Virus record (IMG/VR): IMGVR_UViG_3300043436_001870
Span: 32,001 to 96,000 of that record
Strand: one strand, 5' to 3'
Source: a virus
DNA: 64,000 nt
Positions within the stretch are counted from its first letter, which is position 1. Every line of letters begins with the position of its first letter. Shown here one piece after another: positions 29,501 through 38,100 of the stretch. The translations under genes and the position numbers were made by a program. The notes under the pieces were generated by a model, which was given only the letters and a program-made list of their open reading frames with translations, did no database searches and was not told where the DNA came from.

Positions 29501-32500
29501 GTGCTAACCTTAGACCCTGACTGCATCAATGCATAGTCAATATCCTGGTCAACCATTTTGTTATGAAGGTTTTCTAATGGAGTATTCTTGATAACACTTG
29601 GAATCAACGGCATCAATGAGTATTTGTGGAATGCTGTTGCAGGTAATCCTGTACCCATAAGTGGGCCCCAATACTGCATCTTTTTAACTGGGAAGAAGTT
29701 TAGCACATCATCCATGGCTACTTCTTCACCCTTCACAATCTTGTTATATAGAAACTCCTGATTAGGTGTCCATTTATTCAATGACATCAATAATGCTCTA
29801 TAAGCATCAAAGCTGATCCAACCCTGACCATCTGCTTCAGTCATCTCAGTATACTTAGAGAATACTTTTTTAATAGATGCCTCGGCTTTAGCAACAGTTT
29901 CTGGACTTGCATTTACTTTCTTTAGACGGTCCTTCTCAATCTTGAGAGCTGCTTCTAAATACGTATCATAGTAAATTGATTTACTTACAACATCCTGCAT
30001 TACTGCAGAGTTCATAGTATTACCAAATGATGCTCTTGTCTTACCTCTTGTAGCAGCATAACTGACCTGAGCAAACTTGCTGTCAATATATGCCGTCATT
30101 GCTGGACCTGTTCTAGCAAAGTCACCGGTTGCTGCAATACCAGCATTACGTTTAAAGAAGTCATCTACATTCTTGTAGAGAGCTGGGTCACCATAGAACA
30201 TTACACTAAACTCATACTTATGGATCCAGTCATTAGCTGTATATCCATCAATAAGAGCCGTAATCATTTTTTCTCTTCGTTCAGCAGTAAGTCCGTTGAT
30301 AACATCCTTAGGTGATCTTTCTGAATCACCTGTCTCAAGCTTTTCCAAAAGACTGTTTATCACACCAGTATTACTCAGGATGCCACTTTCCTGAAGCATT
30401 TTAGCATTCTTCTGTCTTTGCTCAGTAAGATAATCTGTAATGTCTGTTTGTAATAAATTCTTGAGATCAAGATTACCATCAACAAACTTTAGAAACTGTT
30501 CTGATGTTTGCACCTCAGGACTTGTAGCTAACTGTTCCTTAAGGTTAGTAATTGTCTCGGGCTTAAGTATACCATTAAATATTACAAAGTCTTGAGCAAC
30601 TTCACCATAGGTTTTATCACCAACAGTTACTGTTGCCGATGGATCTCCATTCTTAAGTTTTTGTATACGTTCAAACTCTGAAGACAGGTACCCAATTAGT
30701 GTATCTGCAAATTCAGTTTTACCACCAGCAGTCTTAAAGTTTTTTAGATCAATGTAATGTAACTTACCATTAAGTAACTTGTACAATAATGTAGTAGCCT
30801 TGTCTGCATGTCGGGTTGCCTCAGTAGCACCGTACAGAGTAAGCATCAAGAAATCTCCTACAAGCTTTGTTGTTTCATCAGCAGAGGATGCATCAATACC
30901 ACTACGTTCCATTATGTTACGTGTGTTGGTATATTGATTCATGAACCCAGCCATGTTATTAAGCTGAATAGAAACAGGAACTTGCTGACCACTACTAGAA
31001 TCTTTATAAGTTCTTCTTACACCATTTTCATCAAAGGTTGATTTATATATGATGGTTGATTTTACAAATGGATTTCTAGAAGGACTAAGATGACTCATGC
31101 TTAAATCATTGGCATTAGGCACACCTTCCTGAGTAAGCTCTGTAATAGATTTAGCTCTATTCCATTTACCAATCTGATTAGATATAGTACTTCTTAATGA
31201 TCTTTCTTGCTGGCTTTGATTGTTTGCATTGTTTACTGTAGTATCTGCAAAATCATCAGACCATTTTAATTGGAACTTCTGTAATCCGTTGTATATACCA
31301 GAACCACCACCAAGAACTTGTCTTACAGAAACTTGTTCAATCTTTTTAGGAAGCTTATATGCTGAATCTGATTTATAGTTCTTATATATATCTGATGGTG
31401 CCTGAATTTTTATAGGATTTAATAGACCATCCTTTGATTTGTTATAGGCATAAATTGCCTGTAGGTAGTCCATGGTACGTTTACCATAGTTAGCAAGGCC
31501 TGACTTATAAGCATCAGCCTTAGCTGATTTACCATCTTCTAATACAATACCTATGCTATCAAAAAACTTATAGATATCATCTATATTGTCTTTTGTAAAT
31601 TTAGTATTTCGGAATTGTCTATAAACAGCATTAACATTTAGAATATTATTACCATAGATGTCTTTAGTAATATATTCTCCTTCATCTGCAATAGCAAAGT
31701 TATCATTCCATCTTCTTCCTACTTTTCTGAACTCACCAGTTGCCTCAACAGGACTTACAATATAGGATGTTTCTTTACGTCCAAATCCTCCTTGAACATC
31801 CTGAATAAATCTATCAGTCTGCTTAAGTTCAAGCATTCTCAGATTAATTCTAGGCATTGTCAGAATCTTTGTAAAGTCAGTCCAAAGATTCACTGATGCT
31901 TCATCTAAGTTCTGTGGAGAACCTATCTTGCTCATTAATTCCTTAATAATAGGATAGTCTTCAGCAGCAAGCTTTAACTTCTCATAAACTTCATTATCTG
32001 TATTAGCTCCTTCTGTAATATTCAGAATACGATTCCAGCTTTTCTTAAAATCATTTAAGTCCGGAAGACCTAGTATGTTCAGTTTAACTGAGCCATCTTT
32101 CTCATAGGCTTTTAGGGATCTGATTGTGAATAGTACATCTGGTTTAGCCAGGTTAGCTAATGGAACTTCATTACCAGCTCTTTTTTCAAATACATTTCTA
32201 TCCGTGATAGATGCCTCCTCCTCAATAGCCTGTATAGTACTCTTCATAAGAGTACTATTTTCCATATGGAATTTTACAAGACCTACGGGATTATCTAAGT
32301 TATATGGATCACCAAAGTTTGCAAGTCCTGCAGCAATGGTATCAATGGCAAAATCAGTATCAGATGTATCTTCAATATTAGAATCCATCTTGGATCTCTC
32401 TTCTAAAAGATACTCAAGCTGAGCTGTCATCTGTTCTCTTACATAATCATAACCAACAGAAAGTGACTGCTTATCTTTAATAAGAGTGGTTGTTGCTGCT

Positions 32501-35172
32501 GCTGTGTTGTATGCTTCATTTACCTTGTCAACATACTCAGAGAAAAGAGCATCGGTGCTATCTCCTAAAAGCTTGCTGATCATACTATTCATTACATAAG
32601 GAGAATCAGCAGCAGTTGACTCAATTGTCTTAGTCTTATTTAGTACATCAAAGTTAGCATTGGCTTGATCAAAAGTATAACCAGTTAGATTACCTACACG
32701 TAGTTTTTCATACAGCTCTCCAATGACTTTGTTGTCCCTAGGTGAAAGCTGTACTTCATCAACAGTTGTTCCTCCAAACAAGTTCTTAAGTAAATCAAGT
32801 AACCATTGGAAGAACTTATTACGTACAGGCTTGCCTTCTACAGGCTTACCTTTACCCAACATAAATTCACGGAAATCCTCTGCAAGATACTCCTCTAGCT
32901 CTAGTAGAGTAGCATCAGCAAATGATACTGTTCTACCCATATATGACATGAATGTGCCGGTGCTCTTACGTGCCTCAGCATACATCTCATTTCTTTGGGC
33001 CTCAGTCATGAATGTCTGAGTAAACCCATGCCATGCTTCATGGTATAAATCAGTAAAGTCAGAACCTTGGAAGAGAGTAATACCAGATAATGTCCAAGTT
33101 GCAACAGAACCTCTTGTATTAGAGTTTACTGCATTGAACATTACTTCATAAGGAATAACCTTAGCTAAAGGACTTCTCTCATACCATGCTTTAGCAGCAT
33201 AGATCTGAGCAACAGTTGCTTTAACTGATTGTTGCTTATCAAGTTTGTTGAGACCTTTGGCCTTACGGATAGTCTCTTCAAGCTTACCATTCTTTATGGC
33301 ATTACCAATTACATTAGAATCAGCAGAACTTCTACCTCTTGGTTGTCTAGCCTTTGCCTTTGTAACTGCTTCTTGTGCTGCAGCTTCATTGACTGGATTA
33401 GAAACAACTGGTGCAGTGCTTACAGGAGCTTGTGGTTGTTGTACTGTTACTGGATTCTTTAATACTGTTTTACCAACCTCAGCTTTTACTGGACTGATTG
33501 TAAAGTATCCATTGTACTCACGTAGTTTACCATTAGAGTCAAAGAATCCTCTGATCTCTTTTGAAACTCTATCTAAATATTCTATTTGGTTCTCAGTAAA
33601 GTAATCTAAAACAATGGTACCATCCTGCTCAGACAAATTGAAGTTTGTGAAACTATTTTCATTAAAGTTCTTAGTAAGTATACTGTATTCTCTTGGAAAT
33701 TTTTTTTTATCTGAAGAAATAGCATTTCTTAATTCTTGAAAAGAAAGAGCATCTGTTAATTTTTGAACAGCAGAGGAATCATTTAAGTCTATGTCTTTTC
33801 CATTATGAGTAATGTATAACTCAGACAACTTATAGTCAAAGTCTATCTTAAGACCTTTTCTTTCTTGTCCACCAAAGAATGAATTAATTAACTCATACTT
33901 TTCTTTTAGGGAAACTTTTACTCTTTTACCTTCAACATTTTTATATACGTCAGTGGTAAGAAGTTTAACAAGTTTATCTATATCAGTTTTGTCAGCAGGT
34001 TTTGTAAACACTTGTACTGACATATTACTTGCTCCAACCTTAAGTTGAATTGATTGTTTCTTATCTTTTGTAACAAAATCTAATTTTAAAGGAACATTAC
34101 CAAAATTGGCCTGTGAAACTTTGATACTAACTCCTTTTGCATCAGTATAAATACCAAGACGTGCATCTGTAATAGAATAAACAATTGTATTACCTGGATT
34201 CTGATTCAAATATGCATAGCTTTTACTCAATGCATCAAATTGTGCAGTAAGTAATGCTTCAGCCTGCTCAATAGATATCTCACCTTCAGAATTATCTGAT
34301 ATTTCTTTTGGTGACTGTGTATACTCATTCTTTTGCCAGTTGTACTTACCATTGTCAAGTTTTCCTGGAATAGGTCTTGAACCATAATAAATTATACGTC
34401 CTTTATCTGATACATTAAACTGTTCATTAAAGTATAAAGGTGTACCATTGACATCTGTAATTACAAATGCATACGGATTTTTATTTGCAGGCTGAGGGTA
34501 TATCTGACCTTCAGGGATTCTCTTAATAGGTACAAGACTAATATGAATACCGCCAGTTACTCCAGGATACTCTATACCAGTTTCTCCTGGTTTAGGAGTA
34601 AGACCTTTTGCAGCCAAGAACTTAATAAAGTCTGTGTAATAAGCTAATGCTGCATCCTCTCCTAGACTGGCATTGCCTGGATCAGACAATGTATTAATTG
34701 TTGTAGCAAACGGATTAATAGGTCTAGGTCTTGTAAAGGGTACTCCTGCCTTGCTAATCTGAGCACTTACTAAAGTTCTTTGTTCCTCAAAATTGATTTC
34801 AGAAATGATTTCTCCAAGATCTTTAGGAGGCTCATTGAGTCCTAGATAAGCTACTGTATTGTCAAGTCCTTTTTCTGGATTTGATAATTCATCTCTCAAG
34901 TCAAAAACCTCATCAAGACTTAATCCTTTTTTACGAATTTCCTTGCTTTTTGGTTGAGCAATCATCTCTGGAAGAACAGCAGCTGTTAACATAGCATACT
35001 CAACAGCCAAGTTTTTATTTCCTGATTTAGCTAACACTCTGTCATAAATACTTTTTAGGTAGTTATTCAGATTAAAAGTTTTTGCAGGATCATTAATAAT
35101 CACTAATAAATCCTTTGCAATTTTTTTACGAAGGACCTGTATCTGCTCTGGGGTTCTTGTACAATTGATCAT
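23530..35172 (-). CDS. Virion-packaged single-chain double-psi beta-barrel RNA polymerase fused to a zincin domain and a Dda/RecD-like SF1B helicase
   Basis: RIP.QG and GGDFDIDK catalytic motif (DFDID at 28441-28455, as in phi14:2 gp66); HEAWH (33028-33042); helicase motifs GYAGTGKS, DEAS, GDPAQL, HKSQGSTY, YVALSRA. Confidence 0.92.
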   Translation of the reverse strand: MINCTRTPEQIQVLRKKIAKDLLVIINDPAKTFNLNNYLKSIYDRVLAKSGNKNLAVEYAMLTAAVLPEMIAQPKSKEIRKKGLSLDEVFDLRDELSNPEKGLDNTVAYLGLNEPPKDLGEIISEINFEEQRTLVSAQISKAGVPFTRPRPINPFATTINTLSDPGNASLGEDAALAYYTDFIKFLAAKGLTPKPGETGIEYPGVTGGIHISLVPIKRIPEGQIYPQPANKNPYAFVITDVNGTPLYFNEQFNVSDKGRIIYYGSRPIPGKLDNGKYNWQKNEYTQSPKEISDNSEGEISIEQAEALLTAQFDALSKSYAYLNQNPGNTIVYSITDARLGIYTDAKGVSIKVSQANFGNVPLKLDFVTKDKKQSIQLKVGASNMSVQVFTKPADKTDIDKLVKLLTTDVYKNVEGKRVKVSLKEKYELINSFFGGQERKGLKIDFDYKLSELYITHNGKDIDLNDSSAVQKLTDALSFQELRNAISSDKKKFPREYSILTKNFNENSFTNFNLSEQDGTIVLDYFTENQIEYLDRVSKEIRGFFDSNGKLREYNGYFTISPVKAEVGKTVLKNPVTVQQPQAPVSTAPVVSNPVNEAAAQEAVTKAKARQPRGRSSADSNVIGNAIKNGKLEETIRKAKGLNKLDKQQSVKATVAQIYAAKAWYERSPLAKVIPYEVMFNAVNSNTRGSVATWTLSGITLFQGSDFTDLYHEAWHGFTQTFMTEAQRNEMYAEARKSTGTFMSYMGRTVSFADATLLELEEYLAEDFREFMLGKGKPVEGKPVRNKFFQWLLDLLKNLFGGTTVDEVQLSPRDNKVIGELYEKLRVGNLTGYTFDQANANFDVLNKTKTIESTAADSPYVMNSMISKLLGDSTDALFSEYVDKVNEAYNTAAATTTLIKDKQSLSVGYDYVREQMTAQLEYLLEERSKMDSNIEDTSDTDFAIDTIAAGLANFGDPYNLDNPVGLVKFHMENSTLMKSTIQAIEEEASITDRNVFEKRAGNEVPLANLAKPDVLFTIRSLKAYEKDGSVKLNILGLPDLNDFKKSWNRILNITEGANTDNEVYEKLKLAAEDYPIIKELMSKIGSPQNLDEASVNLWTDFTKILTMPRINLRMLELKQTDRFIQDVQGGFGRKETSYIVSPVEATGEFRKVGRRWNDNFAIADEGEYITKDIYGNNILNVNAVYRQFRNTKFTKDNIDDIYKFFDSIGIVLEDGKSAKADAYKSGLANYGKRTMDYLQAIYAYNKSKDGLLNPIKIQAPSDIYKNYKSDSAYKLPKKIEQVSVRQVLGGGSGIYNGLQKFQLKWSDDFADTTVNNANNQSQQERSLRSTISNQIGKWNRAKSITELTQEGVPNANDLSMSHLSPSRNPFVKSTIIYKSTFDENGVRRTYKDSSSGQQVPVSIQLNNMAGFMNQYTNTRNIMERSGIDASSADETTKLVGDFLMLTLYGATEATRHADKATTLLYKLLNGKLHYIDLKNFKTAGGKTEFADTLIGYLSSEFERIQKLKNGDPSATVTVGDKTYGEVAQDFVIFNGILKPETITNLKEQLATSPEVQTSEQFLKFVDGNLDLKNLLQTDITDYLTEQRQKNAKMLQESGILSNTGVINSLLEKLETGDSERSPKDVINGLTAERREKMITALIDGYTANDWIHKYEFSVMFYGDPALYKNVDDFFKRNAGIAATGDFARTGPAMTAYIDSKFAQVSYAATRGKTRASFGNTMNSAVMQDVVSKSIYYDTYLEAALKIEKDRLKKVNASPETVAKAEASIKKVFSKYTEMTEADGQGWISFDAYRALLMSLNKWTPNQEFLYNKIVKGEEVAMDDVLNFFPVKKMQYWGPLMGTGLPATAFHKYSLMPLIPSVIKNTPLENLHNKMVDQDIDYALMQSGSKVSTITKDGKADKFYNDNQRTTEGYAFDAPTYQFTKNTVFLDYFKDQLEVAEYYKKKVTFSSQLRKLIEQGLFENKVPVDYKPNIADKNERYRLWNAENDKLSTKFARYASRFEKILDSLVEIEKQKIRDQVGSTKKSLIEFIKSELSGPGKKLSEHEVDFLGVDEATDTLLRDLDLSPSADVIERALVNIAQKRILNQKLTGESLVQVSGVGFEQGRLRTATEEEIGRYGGTNGLPFYNPKLDKKGNVISVSAMKIKISLQGPFKNLLNHADVVKYSNENGVTRLDALNHLIKQEWWLNQGDNRAMVTTAAVRIPVQGLNSMEVMEVFEFLPEESGNIVILPAEIVAKSGGDFDIDKMFTFFPTIKTKREVNEEDYALISDILGFGIDAAIVNEIKELVQLGEDLDISTLTEEEKDILRAIDTYYEDKTSAVMNFGDDKAGLENQLLGVIKDILLDPFNFSSLITPNTTDTMEPLGETIAKETKGAGTQKAKGLSEIFEVGRNLYKHQSNNVGKDVLGIIAVVNTFQSIFGRSGLVLTKNRIITQTQRGSVEHPQRLKFAHNKIGDSITLSANYDAEQLNKISDIISQLINGSVDVAKKAWIFDVQGNKELINSLLFMTMAGVPVEDAVYFLSQPIIRDFVKEQRKFKSQYSRAIGYGDVGNFFRNEARDRILFADKGDNKYGFNWLVADFQEKSDKDSTSKYKNKKPSKRLVFEEIDRLVEGIGEFKKADLAGRLNKSNDFDNYDRSVFLHFLEISEMSSQITQLTQNLNFDRTKTETLLDARLRLAKIDDLANGIEPESIQNIIENSPVSAYKIQDFILDLFSDLFPLRDSKEVNRKIASLTDKDISGMPPISAYKKMTGLDADEYIERFRSDLINYVFQSNYYRFNQTQGVYRGFEVQVPIEGVTYLRAGARVKNGILYASKSDILTTFQQELYSKDSMWENEVAPVESSVFALYDAKTAEALYTKFVYEREVLRSFEKNSPENLKNSSIYKTHLNTFKNDSKPAFKAYEATLRDMALDNLNYHGHMFFGGRSYAKQVLEIGKENPSLLDKYEVLDRLEISTGGSSFVTNDGKKQEVTINNLKFTGDRPTPEELDLYTQQIEELADPNVIKVEDPIENERISKVFARFGLYALLQTGIDTTSAFSLIRAVPNDMFYGLLKSSYDKFLTDLKARPNTVLDEYTSLFNNQYRIDNKNVSNKLKNYAFNPEGIPSDIVRITDDTVSELETPLETEEETPGRIVTINGINLNLDKLDIPFTPNDQQLEALQQIADFIDNPNQDVFTLMGYAGTGKSSITKIALEYMRQRGLSINVTAPTHKAKKVIAKLAKTGAVTLQKLLGLGSSSKLTKTDLRKIKLTVQKESLYKPDVVIVDEASLVGDELFDALSDYAGEGKTKILFIGDPAQLNPVEEDKTTSKRSKAFDHPYKYELTKVERQAGSNPLGPILEDIRNNQKKDTSAIDAKTELSGNQGIVTTKTGVDFTRQAIAAFKSENFKNNRNFVRILSHSNERVEDFNQVVRNKIWFDKEVDTSKILEYVIGDIIMAYENVGYKKGGTFQINNSVDYEVLSVQAENKMTFNGLGGLELTGYTIQLQEIDGDGDIYEKFVLSRSTSQEIINLLAQKLVEYQKSLDAQVESGELRANQAFAIYSGLKDSIMTPFDVTDKKGRVVLKKSIDYGYAHTIHKSQGSTYTNVFVDTESIIEAPVSLEEKNQLKYVALSRATNIAYALNRNGQSGGQNIEWNGDFGSKKVVAGKISKSTNKKRVGDIQTLTLFELLQDTSTGVLTFNLLTSTDEKTKKVVNQFDKLTDQNAIQLSVDYPNTIFVRNEASTQSRDTAGTNVVYRAMGDNSLGIRTKSLPRVSQAKEGKIKDFNAKAAWTDATLKENKAMIDEDIAALMEKKESGVNLAFDSNGYGQYLIGYNEYFPAAADAQYADKTTIGVQTFLYLSQQLFEKFGYINPHYLTFGEGRIVVQYGAPVTDEEIAEFNNKCFK

Positions 35173-38100
35173 TACTTACAATCTAATGAGTTATCAAATT
35201 CATCATTTACTTCGTCTTCTGAGATGTTTTCTACATCATCAAAAGCCTGACTACTTAGTTTACTTGCCTCTTCTGAATCAGTTGCTGTTTCAGCAGACTG
35301 ATTTGCAAGATCTTTTTCTTCTGTAGTAAACTCAACAGGACTCTCAACTTTATCAATCTCACCAGTTTTTACATCTTTAATCTTAATGTACTCAACTTGT
35401 TCCCTTAGTTGTTGTTCTGTTAATATGACATCCTCTCCAGCAAGATTAAGATTTCTTACAACTACTGTTTTATTATTGTCATTCTTAGCTACAATAATGG
35501 CATTACCATCAGCACTATATATTGATTTGTCTTTCATAACAAGTATTGTCATAACATTAACTGAGTCAAAGGTAATACCTGATGGCTCCAATTGATTACG
35601 TCTATTTGCAAGAAGTTTCTCATAAGTTTCATAATCCAAGTTCTCAGCTTGCAGAACTTGATTATTTACTTTTGCCACAATATCATCTAGCTGTTCTTGA
35701 GTAGCTTCTGCAATTTGTTCTCTGATAGTTTTTATATCAGTTGGAGTTGCTTCCTCCTCTGCTGCAAGTTCTTCAGCAGTTGGTATGCTGATTGGACCTG
35801 GTGTTGGTTGACCTGCTGGTACTGGAGCTGGTGCTGCAGGACCTGGTTCTGTAAAGTTATTGCTAGTATTATACTCATCAACAATGTTATCAATTATAGG
35901 ATCTGTTGAAGTAGCAAACCATGTAGCAAATTCTTTATTAGCAACACCTGGTTTATTAGTTGCAATAGAATACTGACCAAGCAATGTAGCCATTAAATCT
36001 GGATAGTCCTTCTTAAGAGAATCAAGACTTGTACCTCTTGTTACAGCTGGTTTAGACACAATACCTATTCCACTAGCTGGTGCTGTTCCTGCTGCAGTTG
36101 TGGTTCCTGCCGGAGCAGTTACACCCTTTCCTGCAAGTTTGTTAGATACAATACCTAGTACCTCAGTAAGAGCTGTCTCATCTATTGATATAGCCTGACC
36201 AAATTGTTTTTTAAAGAAACTAACCAATGCCTTTACAAACTCCTGCCATAGATTACGGTTAGTATTCTTGTAGGGAATTATTGCAAGGACTTCTTGGCCG
36301 GCCTGACTAGCAAAGGCTTCAGCAACAAATGCTTCTTGACTAGTAAGCATGCGAGTAACATAGTTACCATACTTCTGTCTCATATCAGGATTATCTTCAT
36401 AGTACTTCTTAAATGCATCCATGACATTCTGAATAGCAGCCTTAAACCCTGGATCAGATTGATTATCAGAAACAATCATCTGGGTTAATGGATGTATCAT
36501 TAGATATGTCAAAGTAGATGTATAGAACTTACCATCAACTTGGGCTGAATAATCCTTAGTAGCAAATCTAGGATCAATAGTAATACCTGTTTCTTTAGTG
36601 TAACTAAATCCAGAAGGACTTGTCAATGATATTACCATTTTCTTCTCAGGATCAACTGCCGTCATAAGATTTTGAATCATCTTTCTAGACGGAACAGATC
36701 CTATTCTTTTCTTGAGAATATATTTAAGAACATCAACAATAGAAATAGTATATGTATCTTGACCAGGTTGTAAACCTAATCCAGTCAATATATCATTTAA
36801 TGAAGGAGCCTTATCAGCTTCAATCATATCATCAATTAAATATCCTCCCTTAGCCATAGCTTCAGCAATAACTTTACCCTTTAGAGTAAAGCCTTGTTCT
36901 GATTCAAACTCAGACAAGAAATTTAGAATTTCTTTGTAAAGATTACTTGTAGGTTCTACTTCTTCAAACTCATTAGTCTTTGGGTTTTGTTTGTAGAATG
37001 CTGAAGGAACTCTATCTCCTTTCATCAATGCTTCAATCTCATCCGGAGAAAAGAATACATTGAACTTTAAAAACAGTTTTTGAATAAGTTCATTTACTCC
37101 TATACGAGTCTTGAACTCATCCAATGACTTCTGCATCTTGGTTTTAGCAATTTCTCTAGCATCCTTTGCAGCTTGTGTAAACTGCTTAGCTGCCATTGAA
37201 TAATTGTATGGATCATTCAAGAATGTCACAGCATTCATTGCATCACTCAAATTCTCTGAAAGCTCAGCATAGTCAATAACTTGTAATACCAGTTTATCTA
37301 GTTCTGGACTCTTGGCATCAATACCAGAAATAGCAGAAAGGTAGTCTCTTACTCTAGTTTCAAGCTCTTGTCTTCTTTGTTCTAAACCGGCCTCAATTTC
37401 ATTACCCTCAAAGTCTAATGGTAATTGACCCTGAGGACCACCAGTAACCTTTAGTTTTTTAGCTTTGATGCTGACTGATTTAGAAACTTTCTTACCAGAT
37501 GCATCTGTGTATTCTATGGTAACTTTATTGGATGTCTTCTTTGTTACAGTACCTGTAACCTTAGCACCGTTCTTAAAAGTATACTCCACAGTGCTGCCCT
37601 GCTGTACAGTAAATTGTGTCTTGGTATCTTCCTTTACTTCATCTCTTAGTGCAGCATTTGCTACAGATTTCTTGGCTTGACTATATTCTTTTCTGTAATT
37701 AGCAAAGTCTTCCTTAAAGTTTCTAAGAAGAGCTGCTTGTTTCTTTCTTTCCTCACCTAGTTTCTTCTGTGCTTCATCACCCTGTAAATATCCAGTAGCC
37801 TCCCTTTCTAGAAGATTAATCTGAGTATCAATCATATCCTCACCAAATGCACTTTTGCTGTCACTTAGAAATAAAGATGTAAGTTGCATAGACTGAGCTG
37901 CTCCTAACTTTGTTCCAGCTGCATCATTAAATATGCTACTTAATCTTTTAGCTGCTTGCTGATATGTATAGTCATTATAAATTGCTAGGGTACGAGCTTC
38001 TTCAAATCCATACCAGTCTTCATATTCATCTGGGTTACCTGACTTAGGATTAAATGGATTTCTAATAGTACTATACTTCTCATGATTAGCCTTGATCTGA

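Noticed and set aside
33833-33847. IDFDY as a second RNAP catalytic motif in the N-terminal part of the 3880-aa protein
   Set aside because: Lacks the third Asp and the surrounding double-psi barrel context; the true motif is DFDID at 28441-28455
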